Source: Candidatus Saccharimonadales bacterium
GTDB lineage: Bacteria > Patescibacteriota > Microgenomatia > Woykebacterales > RBG-16-39-9b
DNA length: 64,000 nucleotides
Assembly: GCA_035480955.1 (NCBI GenBank)
Contig: DATIHF010000006.1
Coordinates: forward strand, 11,110 to 75,109
Reading direction: 5' to 3'
The notes under the pieces were generated by a model. The model was not told where the DNA came from. It was given only the letters and a program-made list of their open reading frames with translations, and made no database searches. Shown piece after piece: positions 18,286 through 26,148 of the stretch (the stretch's first letter is position 1; the number at the start of each line of letters is the position of its first letter). Position numbers and translations under genes: made by a program.

Positions 18286-18336
18286 ATTGAAATAAATTGC
18301 TAGATCAACTATACTCGCTTCCGGAAGGAGGCAGAT

Positions 18337-18615
18337 ATGTGGGCGATTCACGTTTCAAGGATTGAGGGTTACAGTTCGGAGCAAATAAATGAATCTCTCC
18401 ATAATGCTCTTGAAGCTGAGCACAGCTTAAAGTTGATATATTGGTTTGATCCAACAGATGGTGGTCGACAGAATCCCTGGTCAATGACATTTGAGAAGCG
18501 AGAACTGCGTTTTGATCCCACGCACGTTGTCTTCGCTCTCTACAGGCGATCATCTTTCCATTCAGATGAAAGGGTTTATCTGATCCAAGCGGAACCAATC
18601 GAGAAAGGAAACTGA
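18337..18615 (+). CDS. hypothetical small protein
   Basis: GGAGG RBS. 92-aa ORF coupled to the next gene. Confidence 0.45.
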   Translation: MWAIHVSRIEGYSSEQINESLHNALEAEHSLKLIYWFDPTDGGRQNPWSMTFEKRELRFDPTHVVFALYRRSSFHSDERVYLIQAEPIEKGN

Positions 18616-18616
18616 G

Positions 18617-18973
18617 ATGGTGGAGATCATCAACAGGGATGTCAATTTTGTCTCGGTCAGTGATGATATTGGTTTCCCAAGTCTGATCAAGTTTTTTGAG
18701 AAGAGAGAGCTAGAAATAATCAAAGCCTACTCTCAATCAAACCCAAAAGAAAACTTGGCAAAGAACGGGGAGATTTTTGTTTGTGAAACTTCGGAAGGTT
18801 TTGTTGTAAATATTAGGCAAACTCATGTAGTTACAGCTTACGTTACTAGACATCCAAACTATAAGTCTTCATTGTCAACCTTTGTTGTTCAAGCAAGGCC
18901 AAAAGGAAAGAAAAAAACAACCGAAGTTGCTTCCAAGAAAAAGTCCGTCCGCAAGCCAGCTAGAAAATCCTAG
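18617..18973 (+). CDS. hypothetical small protein with Lys-rich C-terminal tail
   Basis: 2-nt spacing to the upstream stop. C-terminal KGKKKTTEVASKKKSVRKPARKS. Confidence 0.45.
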   Translation: MVEIINRDVNFVSVSDDIGFPSLIKFFEKRELEIIKAYSQSNPKENLAKNGEIFVCETSEGFVVNIRQTHVVTAYVTRHPNYKSSLSTFVVQARPKGKKKTTEVASKKKSVRKPARKS

Positions 18974-18985
18974 TTGGCTCTTTTT

Positions 18986-19225
18986 TTAACCTTTTTCCCA
19001 ACGCTCTTTTTCGCCTTTCTCAACTTCCTCAGCCAATCCAGCTTCTTCGGGCTTTTCTTCAGTTTCTTCAAGATAAAGTCCAACAGCATGCTCTGCTTCA
19101 GTGGTATCGTTTATTTCAGGTGAGTCTTCGGCATCGGGCATGCTGCCAGAGACTGATTCCTCGCCTTTCATGTCTTCGGTCAAGTGCTTTTCCTTTTCGC
19201 CAGATGTGTAGATTATTTTTGCCAT
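18986..19225 (-). CDS. small acidic hypothetical protein
   Basis: 79-aa Glu-rich ORF. Weak evidence. Confidence 0.3.
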   Translation of the reverse strand: MAKIIYTSGEKEKHLTEDMKGEESVSGSMPDAEDSPEINDTTEAEHAVGLYLEETEEKPEEAGLAEEVEKGEKERWEKG

Positions 19226-19271
19226 TAACTAATTTTCCCTTAACTAACTATTGCTGTCAACAAACAGCCTC

Positions 19272-19300
19272 TTGATTTTTATAAGGGTCGGGACTATATT
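19272..19300 (+). promoter_or_regulatory. sigma70-like promoter
   Basis: TTGATT, 17 nt, TATATT. GGAGG RBS before the ATG at 19324. Confidence 0.45.
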
Positions 19301-19323
19301 TTTCAGACAAGGAGGAAATTTAT

Positions 19324-19755
19324 ATGATTAAAGGACTCGACGGTGTTACTATCGGAAGCAAAAATGCGACCGAATTAGCAAATTTCTACAAAGATAAAGT
19401 AGGTATTAAAATCAAAGAAGAATTCCAGATGGGTGAAAATCTCAATGCATTTGAGATGGACGCTGGTGAAGGCAGCAGCGTTATGATTATTGACATGCCC
19501 GATTATGCCGATAAAGCCTCCGAGGACAGTAGAGTTTGGCTAACTTTTGAGGTAGAGAATATCGAAAAATCAACCGAGGAGATCGATGGAAAAGGCGTCA
19601 AAAAGGTCAGAGACACTTTTCATATCGAAGGTTATGGGTATGTAACTACCTACTCAGACCCAGATGGCAACTCTTTTCAGATCGCCCAAGTGCGCGGTGG
19701 TGAAGAAGATCACAACGAGCATGACCATGATCACGAAGAAGGCCACGATCACTAA
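19324..19755 (+). CDS. VOC/glyoxalase-family protein with His-rich C-terminus
   Basis: Glyoxalase-like beta-alpha-beta-beta-beta layout. C-terminal HNEHDHDHEEGHDH. Confidence 0.6.
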   Translation: MIKGLDGVTIGSKNATELANFYKDKVGIKIKEEFQMGENLNAFEMDAGEGSSVMIIDMPDYADKASEDSRVWLTFEVENIEKSTEEIDGKGVKKVRDTFHIEGYGYVTTYSDPDGNSFQIAQVRGGEEDHNEHDHDHEEGHDH

Positions 19756-19774
19756 AGATTAATTTAACTTAAAA

Positions 19775-20131
19775 ATGGCTTACATTGTCGCAGGACTTAT
19801 CGTCAATTCATTATCACTATATGTAGCTGATCTCCTCATTGATGGGATAAAAATTGAAAATTTTGGAGCACTTGTAGTTTCTGCGATTGCCATCGCAATT
19901 GTTAACACTTTCATCAAACCACTAGCTCATCTGATCGCACTACCGATCACAGTAATTACATTGGGCCTTTTCGCACTTGTGGTAAACACTGCAATGCTTG
20001 GGCTAGCGGCTTGGTTTGTACCTGGTTTTCACATCAACGGCTTTTTTGATGCTTTCTGGGGAGCAATCATAATCTCGCTCGTCAGCCGGATCCTCTCGCT
20101 CTTCTTTGAGCCAAAAAAAGCTACTGCCTAA
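19775..20131 (+). CDS. DUF360 / phage-holin-4_2-like 4-TM membrane protein
   Basis: LIVNSLSLYVADLL...ALPITVITLGLFALVVNTAMLGLAAWFVPGFHINGF matches the DUF360 consensus. Confidence 0.65.
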   Translation: MAYIVAGLIVNSLSLYVADLLIDGIKIENFGALVVSAIAIAIVNTFIKPLAHLIALPITVITLGLFALVVNTAMLGLAAWFVPGFHINGFFDAFWGAIIISLVSRILSLFFEPKKATA

Positions 20132-20148
20132 CTTTTTAAAAGTAATAA

Positions 20149-20700
20149 ATGAAAAGAAGACTTTTTGTTGCCCTACCTCTAACAGACTCACTCCTCAATA
20201 TTTTTCTTGATTATCAAAAAACTCTGCCAATAGATGCAGTCAGGGCAACCAAAAGGGAAAATCTGCATTTGACGCTGGCTTTCCTTGGTTATGTCGAGGA
20301 GTCTCACGTGGGTAAGATAGAGGAAATACTTGCCAAAATCGCTTCCTCAACCAAATCATTTTCACTGCAGTATCAGTTTATCGCTCTTGCACCACCTCAG
20401 ATTGAGCCGCGAATGATCTGGGGAAGATTTCATATCAACGATAATTATGAAAAACTGGTTAATGAGATTTTTGCCAATGCCGAGAGCTACATTACAGAAG
20501 AAACTCGGATAGAAAAGATCCCTCATGTGACCATAGCCCGCTTCCGCGAGGGACTGGTCAATAAAGACTTGGTGCTGCAGCAACCGCAAGTAGTCGAACC
20601 AAACCTAACAATAGGCTCGATGATTCTATTTGAATCACAACCTGATGGCGACGGTCCAGTGTATTTGCCACTAGCAACTTTCAAACTACAGGGGAACTAA
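20149..20700 (+). CDS. thpR: RNA 2',3'-cyclic phosphodiesterase (2H phosphoesterase, LigT/ThpR)
   Basis: Two HxT/S motifs (HLTLAFLG and HVTIARF). Length about 180 aa. Confidence 0.8.
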   Translation: MKRRLFVALPLTDSLLNIFLDYQKTLPIDAVRATKRENLHLTLAFLGYVEESHVGKIEEILAKIASSTKSFSLQYQFIALAPPQIEPRMIWGRFHINDNYEKLVNEIFANAESYITEETRIEKIPHVTIARFREGLVNKDLVLQQPQVVEPNLTIGSMILFESQPDGDGPVYLPLATFKLQGN

Positions 20701-21398
20701 GGCGCAATAGTGAGGTGAACGAAGCTTTCCGCGGAAGCAACTCCCATTTTCTCACCAGCAGAATGATCAAAATCTTCCATTTCTTCTTTCATCCCGTCAC
20801 TAAACTGACTGGTGTGTTTTTTTAGAAGTTCAAGCTTTTTTGAAGCGGCGTCTGAAATATCAACTGAATAGTTGGCTTTCTCAAAATTAAACAGGAAAAG
20901 ATGTTCGACTTTGTGAGAAGAATTATTTGGAAAAGTGAGGAAGTCTCTGGCCATTGGGTAAACACAATCCAGTACTGCCTGACCAATCGCTCGATGATCT
21001 GGGTGATTGATGAAATTTTTCTCAACCGTATAAACCAAAGTCGGATCCCAGGTGAAAACCGCGTCAGGCTGGTACTCGCGAATAATCTTTACTAATTTTT
21101 CTTTCAGCTCTTGAGTGTTTTCTAGATGTGCGTCAGGATAGTCGAGGAACCAGGTATTCTCGAGTCCTAGAAATTCTGAGGCTTCAAGTTGTTCTTTTTT
21201 GCGGAGTTGGACTAACGCTTCCCCTGTCACATTTTGATCATGAGTACCTTTATCACCATTGGTTGCAATGACAATCGCAGCTTTAGCTCCCTGATCAATC
21301 CATTTAATGAGCGTGCCGCCACAAGAAAAATCCGCATCATCGGCATGAGCGGTAATAATTAAAACCTTTTTATTTTTTGGGTCAAACTCATTTTCCAT
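20697..21398 (-). CDS. PIG-L/LmbE-family N-acetylglucosaminyl deacetylase
   Basis: ITAHADDADFSCGGT and HPDH metal-binding motifs. Confidence 0.85.
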   Translation of the reverse strand: MENEFDPKNKKVLIITAHADDADFSCGGTLIKWIDQGAKAAIVIATNGDKGTHDQNVTGEALVQLRKKEQLEASEFLGLENTWFLDYPDAHLENTQELKEKLVKIIREYQPDAVFTWDPTLVYTVEKNFINHPDHRAIGQAVLDCVYPMARDFLTFPNNSSHKVEHLFLFNFEKANYSVDISDAASKKLELLKKHTSQFSDGMKEEMEDFDHSAGEKMGVASAESFVHLTIAP

Positions 21399-21413
21399 TT
21401 TTCCAATTATACC

Positions 21414-22772
21414 TTATTCCACATTCGCACAAGCGATTTTTATTGCTTCAGAAAAAGTGGGGTAGGCGTGGATCATTTCCGCCACGTCACTAGCATTGGC
21501 TTTTAGCTTTATTGCTAAAGTAAGTTCATGAATCATTTCTCCGGCTGATGGTGCGACTATCGAAGCGCCGATCAAAATTCCTTTTTCATCAGTGACGACT
21601 TTAACAAACCCATCAAATTCTTCAGAGGTATTGGCTCGTCCAAGGATGGAAATGGGAACGATGGCTTTTTTGATTTTTATTTTTTTCTCCAGCGCCTCTT
21701 TCTCAGTCAGACCAACTGCTGCAATCTCCGGGGAAGTGAAAACACAGCGCGGAACCGCCGAATAGTCCAGTTTAATTTTTTTACTGTTGAAAATATTGTT
21801 GGCCGCGATGTAGCTTTGATAATTGCCGGTGTGAGTAAATTGGTAAGGACCGACGATGTCTCCGGCAGCGTAAATATTTGGAGTGGTGGTTAGGAGAAAT
21901 TCGTTCACCTTTATTTGTTTGGGGTTGTATTCGACTCCTGCTTTTTCCAGTTCAATGTCGAGCACTGGTTTTTTTCCTGAAGCAAGCAAAATCTCGTCGA
22001 CCTCGACTTTGTCCAGGTGCCCACCAATTTCGAAAGAAACGATCTTTTTGTGACCAGCTTTGCGCACTTCCATGACTTTTGTTCCAGTGAGTACTTTGAC
22101 CCCAGCTCGTTCGAATAAATCCGCAGAGAGTTCACCGACTTCTTTGTCCTCCCGTGCCATCAAAGAGGGGAGTGCTTCGGCTAGATAAACTTCGGAACCA
22201 AAGGTAGAGAAAATCTGGGTAAATTCGAGCCCAACCGCGCCGCCACCAAGGATAAAAATCGATTTGGGCAGATGGTCAAAATCCACTGCTTCTTTGAAAG
22301 TAGAGAACCCAGTTTCTTTTAGTCCCGGGATCGGTGGAACCAAAACTTCTGTTCCAGTCGCAATCAAAAAATTCTTTGCCGAGTAAGTTTTTCCGCCTGC
22401 TTCGACTTCATGCGGGGAAAGAAACCAAGCGCGCTCTTTGATCAAAGTAATCCCTGCGTTTTTGAAAGCTTCTTCGCCTTCGGCAGCTCCAGTCCGGGAA
22501 ACCACCAGGTTTTTCCAGGCTTTGATTTTTTGGTAGTGGATCGTCGTCCCGGTGACACTAACACCAAACTTCCCGGCAAATTTAATATGCTCTAGAGTAT
22601 CTGCGACACTAAGTAAGGCTTTGGTCGGCACACAGGCCCAGTTGGGACACTCGCCACCAACTTTCTCTTTTTCAAAAACTGCGACTTTTTTGCCCAAATT
22701 CGCAGCAAAGTCAGCTCCAACTGAGCCGCCAGCCCCAGAACCTATTACAATTAAATCAAAATCGTATTTCAT
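21414..22772 (-). CDS. class I pyridine-nucleotide-disulfide oxidoreductase (Lpd/GR/MerA-like flavoprotein) with atypical CPNWAC redox centre
   Basis: GSGAGG FAD motif, GGECPNWACVPTK redox-active disulfide, second Rossmann GGGAVGLE and C-terminal HAYPTFSE dimerisation motif. Confidence 0.85.
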   Translation of the reverse strand: MKYDFDLIVIGSGAGGSVGADFAANLGKKVAVFEKEKVGGECPNWACVPTKALLSVADTLEHIKFAGKFGVSVTGTTIHYQKIKAWKNLVVSRTGAAEGEEAFKNAGITLIKERAWFLSPHEVEAGGKTYSAKNFLIATGTEVLVPPIPGLKETGFSTFKEAVDFDHLPKSIFILGGGAVGLEFTQIFSTFGSEVYLAEALPSLMAREDKEVGELSADLFERAGVKVLTGTKVMEVRKAGHKKIVSFEIGGHLDKVEVDEILLASGKKPVLDIELEKAGVEYNPKQIKVNEFLLTTTPNIYAAGDIVGPYQFTHTGNYQSYIAANNIFNSKKIKLDYSAVPRCVFTSPEIAAVGLTEKEALEKKIKIKKAIVPISILGRANTSEEFDGFVKVVTDEKGILIGASIVAPSAGEMIHELTLAIKLKANASDVAEMIHAYPTFSEAIKIACANVE

Positions 22773-23479
22773 CCGAAATTAATTGTCCCGTTGGCGAGTA
22801 AAATTAAGATCCAACCCAGCGCAACTAAGAGCAATCCAATAAAAAGTCTCATGTAACCACGGGACTCTTGGCGCCATTTTGAGAGTGAACCCAAACTGGT
22901 ACCAAAAACAGCCAGGAACAAAATAATGATCAAAGGCGCGACAAAGACGAGATTGTAGAGGACTAGTAAACCTAGCGCGGCCGCGTCAAAATTGAGCGAG
23001 AGGATTGTCAGAATCGCCAGGTAAGGAGCCCCGGTACAAGGAAGCTCGACTGCCGCAACGAAAATTCCCAAAAGAATCACTCCAATCACAGTGGTATTTT
23101 TCGCGAAACCCTCGATTTTTTGAGATAAACTCACCGGAATCCCCAGAGAAAAGCCTCTCTGGTACCAGAAGAAATCTTTTATCTCAACTAGTCCTGCCAG
23201 AACAATCAAAATGCCAACTAGAATTGAAAGATACTCAGTCACAAAAAGAGGAATCGCTCCGAGAAAGTAAACCAAACCAAGTCCGGCAACCAGGTAGGTC
23301 GCGAAAACCGCAAAGATGTAAAGTCCGCCGAGCAAAAGCATTCGAGAGACGCTACGACCTGAGCTCATCAGCATGGAAATTAATAGAATTAAAACCCCAA
23401 TGGCGCAGGGGTTGACCCCATCGATTGCGGCGGACGAGAGTACCAGAGCTAGAGTAGGCAAGTGTGTCTCAATACCCAC
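22769..23479 (-). CDS. ccdA: CcdA/DsbD-family transmembrane thiol-disulfide electron transporter
   Basis: AIDGVNPCAIGVLILL matches the DsbD_2/CcdA pattern, with a second conserved Cys (ELPCTGAPY). 6-TM. 4-nt overlap with the upstream gene. Confidence 0.75.
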   Translation of the reverse strand: MGIETHLPTLALVLSSAAIDGVNPCAIGVLILLISMLMSSGRSVSRMLLLGGLYIFAVFATYLVAGLGLVYFLGAIPLFVTEYLSILVGILIVLAGLVEIKDFFWYQRGFSLGIPVSLSQKIEGFAKNTTVIGVILLGIFVAAVELPCTGAPYLAILTILSLNFDAAALGLLVLYNLVFVAPLIIILFLAVFGTSLGSLSKWRQESRGYMRLFIGLLLVALGWILILLANGTINFG

Positions 23480-24176
23480 GAATAAATTTTCCTTTCAAGA
23501 TGGCAACTTTATAGCTTTCGCAAAGATGATCACTCTTCAATTTAGTTTCCGCAAACTCGATTATCAAACAGTCTCCCGGTGGGACATTACTCTCCGGAGA
23601 GAGGATATAGTTGCCGATGTCAGAAAGTTTGGTCTGAGTGATATTTTTGCCCACTACTTTGTAAACAAATCCTTGAAGTTGTCCCTTCTTTCCATCAGGA
23701 CAGCTTTCCCCATCAACTACGATCAATTTCCCATTGTTAGTCGGAACAGAGAAGTAACCTTGATCAAGTCGACCACCGATCACACTGATGAAAGAGCCGA
23801 AGGAAACCTCGTTTTTGTTTAAAACAACACCTTCGACATGCAAACGGCTATCATTGTGCTCATGCACTAGAGGCGTTCCAATTTTGTTGGAAAAGCCTTT
23901 TGGATCCACCAGATTAACCTTTTGTCCACAGAGCCAAATTTCAAAATCCATGTGCCAGTGGACTGGGCCACTCGTTGCGGAAACGCTGTTGAGATAAACA
24001 GTTGAGAAAGCCAAGAAAAAGGTGGTGAGAAGAATCGTTGCCACTAAAAGAGCGAAAAAATATTTTTTGAGATTTTCTCGGTTTTTGGTGAGAACAATGG
24101 CAAGTAAGACAACGACAATTACCAGAAAGGTGAAGAAAATTAGCGCAATGGACCAGCTTTCGATCTGGGCAGACAT
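23469..24176 (-). CDS. membrane-anchored extracytoplasmic protein with conserved His/Cys (HWHMD, HEHND, 4 Cys), unknown function
   Basis: Two N-terminal TM segments. Overlaps ccdA by 11 nt, so the three genes form one operon. Confidence 0.5.
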   Translation of the reverse strand: MSAQIESWSIALIFFTFLVIVVVLLAIVLTKNRENLKKYFFALLVATILLTTFFLAFSTVYLNSVSATSGPVHWHMDFEIWLCGQKVNLVDPKGFSNKIGTPLVHEHNDSRLHVEGVVLNKNEVSFGSFISVIGGRLDQGYFSVPTNNGKLIVVDGESCPDGKKGQLQGFVYKVVGKNITQTKLSDIGNYILSPESNVPPGDCLIIEFAETKLKSDHLCESYKVAILKGKFIRGY

Positions 24177-24236
24177 TGCCTTAACTATAACAAAATAGGC
24201 ATCTAGAGGCTAGGCTAACCCTCTTATCATATAGTC

Positions 24237-24265
24237 TTGACTCAACGGTTGCTTGCTAGTATCCT
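24237..24265 (+). promoter_or_regulatory. candidate promoter of GC-rich untranslated transcript
   Basis: TTGACT, 17 nt, TATCCT. Confidence 0.3.
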
Positions 24266-24271
24266 TTTTCC

Positions 24272-24690
24272 TAAGGAGAGCGGTTGGGAGAATAGCGGGA
24301 TCCTGGCAGTTGCCATGCTTGGTCGAATGCCATCGTGGCCTACATGGACCGTTCTCCTTTTTCAGGTTGTCAATCGGGGGTAGGAGACCGAGCGACGAAT
24401 AATTTCCTCCTGCATGCCGAGGGAAGGATGATGACATATGGATGTGTCACACTAGCCTGCAAAGGCATCCAAGGTAGCCCAAGGGGAATAGCGAGCATTG
24501 AGTCTTGCTCGCGACGTGGTGTAGCCTCGGCAAAGTTCTCCGGCTGAGACGCACCAGGACCAAATGCCCTGAGGTCCTCGGGTGAAAGCTCGATCAAATA
24601 AACTCTGCGGTAGAAGTACTAATCGTTCACGTTCGTGCCAAGGCAGACCCCGTCTGACTCCTACCAGTCAGGGTCTGCCTCTTTTATTTG
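24272..24690 (+). ncRNA. candidate structured RNA of about 420 nt, class unassigned (GC-rich hairpin-rich island ending in a strong intrinsic terminator)
   Basis: Local GC clearly above surroundings. Only short mutually overlapping ORFs. Helices seen by eye: GGAGAGCGGU/ACCGUUCUCC closing 24276-24360, GGCA-GU-UGCC, and CCAUG/CAUGG. 3' hairpin GGCAGACCC...GGGUCUGCC plus U-tract at 24642-24689. Confidence 0.35.
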
Positions 24691-24722
24691 CAAAAGATCT
24701 CAATCTAGCTTAAAGTTTTACT

Positions 24723-24908
24723 ATGGACGAAACACACAATCTTCACCAAGCCGAAGGGGTCAAACACTTTTGCAAAAATTGCGGCAAAGAAGTCAAAGAG
24801 GGGACCCACTTCACCAAAGAGAACGAGAAATATTGCTGCGAGACTTGCTGCTCCCTTGGTCCACGCGAAGAGCTCCTCAAATCCGCCAACGTCTGCCAAT
24901 TCTGTTGA
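24723..24908 (+). CDS. small Cys-rich metal-binding protein (TRASH/zinc-ribbon-like)
   Basis: FCKNCGKEV...YCCETCC...CQFC, eight Cys in 61 aa. Confidence 0.5.
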   Translation: MDETHNLHQAEGVKHFCKNCGKEVKEGTHFTKENEKYCCETCCSLGPREELLKSANVCQFC

Positions 24909-25037
24909 CAAGCAAGCTTACTTTTGCTAAATTAAAGCTAATGAAAACTAGAGTTTCATTCTTTAACTACTTTAAGTCCGCCGCAACCGGCGAGCTTGTC
25001 GTGGTCTAAAGAGAAACTTTAGTTCCAGTTGGCAAAG

Positions 25038-25060
25038 ACTCGCTCAAGGGCGAGTTTTTT
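25038..25060 (+). terminator. intrinsic terminator
   Basis: GACUCGC-UCAAGG-GCGAGU followed by UUUUUU. Confidence 0.6.
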
Positions 25061-25103
25061 AGTGCGTTAGGAGAGCACTGTGGGAGAGAGCTTCGGTCAT
25101 CAC

Positions 25104-25343
25104 ATGCCCTATTGTATCCACAAGAAGCTACAGGACCGGCTGGAGAAACTGCAAGACAAACTCGACAAGCTCTGTGACAAGAGAGTCAAAAATATCAAAG
25201 ACACCGAGAGCTGCCTCAAAATCGCTTTTGAGATCGGACAGCAGAGAGTCAATCTGGTGAAAGGAAATTGTCCGGTGTGCGGGGTCAATCAAAATATAGA
25301 GGAGAAGAGCACTGAGAGGAGGGCAGCGAATTTTGTCGGGTGA
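25104..25343 (+). CDS. small coiled-coil protein with C-terminal CPVCG zinc-knuckle
   Basis: ORF track starts at the GTG at 25080. The ATG at 25104 gives MPYCIHKKLQDRLEKL...GNCPVCGV. Confidence 0.4.
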   Translation: MPYCIHKKLQDRLEKLQDKLDKLCDKRVKNIKDTESCLKIAFEIGQQRVNLVKGNCPVCGVNQNIEEKSTERRAANFVG

Positions 25344-25509
25344 CCTGCAAACCAAATACTCGCCAAAGATCGAGCATCGGATCAGTTGCAAGAAAGAGGA
25401 TCTCGAACTACTCAAATATCCAAAACTGAGTAAGAAGTTGTTGAGATGCAAAAACTGCGGAAGAAAAGTACCTTACTTCTCTGACAACATCATGGAGCAG
25501 TTTGGATGA
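25333..25509 (+). CDS. putative small zinc-ribbon protein (TTG start, overlaps the preceding gene by 11 nt in another frame)
   Basis: AGGAGG lies 9 nt before the TTG. Product LSGDLQTKYSPKIEHRISCKKEDLELLKYPKLSKKLLRCKNCGRKVPYF. Below the ORF-track length cut-off. Confidence 0.3.
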   Translation: MSGDLQTKYSPKIEHRISCKKEDLELLKYPKLSKKLLRCKNCGRKVPYFSDNIMEQFG

Positions 25510-25519
25510 GAATTTAAAT

Positions 25520-25551
25520 GAGCACCGGCGTCTAGTCTGTGCTCTTTTTTT
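25520..25551 (+). terminator. intrinsic terminator
   Basis: GAGCAC...GUGCUC followed by UUUUUUU. Confidence 0.65.
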
Positions 25552-25686
25552 ATTTTTTTTAACCAAGCAAGCACCAGTAAGATTCTAAAAGTTAGTTTTC
25601 TATCTATTTATACTGAGTTGACGAGCCCCCGCAGAATTGGTTAAAAATAGTCGAGGAGAAGGGGGACTTTCCGTCGGAGTTTTATC

Positions 25687-26094
25687 GTGTCTGCAGTAGC
25701 ACACACCAGCCTAAGCACCCGTCCTACACGTCACGAGATCACCACCCCAGAACACCGAAGAACACTCAAATCAATGCGACACAAAGACCACTGCAGGAGG
25801 GACAGAGCTCCACTGCTGCGGCGGTATCGTGACCACACTCTACTCATCTGCCGACGCTGCCGCGTCCGAACCGTCCAGATGAGTGCGGATGAGATTGCGG
25901 CCTCGAAGCTGATCATGCATCGACGCCCAGGGTGTTCCCAACTCTTTCCACCGAAGATCGGGTACGTCTACGGCGCCGGAAGATGCTTCATTTGCCAGGA
26001 ATGCCGACGAGCAGCACCTATCCCACCATTGAGTGAGTTGATAGTTGCAGAAGAGAGAGCATCAACAAAGAGAATTCCCCAACGGGCAGCCTAA
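25687..26094 (+). CDS. GC-rich Arg/Cys-rich hypothetical protein (possible zinc-binding), compositionally foreign
   Basis: GTG start. Roughly 55-58 % GC by eye. CRRCRV...GCSQ...CFICQEC. Terminator 26084-26109 overlaps the stop. Confidence 0.35.
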   Translation: MSAVAHTSLSTRPTRHEITTPEHRRTLKSMRHKDHCRRDRAPLLRRYRDHTLLICRRCRVRTVQMSADEIAASKLIMHRRPGCSQLFPPKIGYVYGAGRCFICQECRRAAPIPPLSELIVAEERASTKRIPQRAA

Positions 26095-26109
26095 CCAACT
26101 GCCCTTTTT
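26084..26109 (+). terminator. intrinsic terminator
   Basis: GGGCAG...CUGCCC followed by UUUUU. Confidence 0.6.
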
Positions 26110-26148
26110 CTTGCCTAAAAACTCTGCTTGGGTTATTATCTGCAAGTC

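Noticed and set aside
24270-24690. Tried to assign the GC-rich RNA candidate to RNase P RNA, tmRNA, SRP RNA, 23S fragment (GGAUGCC) or cobalamin riboswitch
   Set aside because: No GGAAAGUCCGG/ACAGAACCCGGCUUA P4 pair, no UUCGAUUCC-CCA end, no GGAA-tetraloop domain IV motif, far too short for rRNA, no GCCACUG B12 box. Left unclassified pending a covariance-model search.
25104-25509. Calling 25104-25343 and 25333-25509 a single frameshifted pseudogene
   Set aside because: The second frame has its own AGGAGG-TTG initiation context overlapping the first gene's 3' end, which fits two coupled small genes equally well. Kept as an open alternative in the findings.
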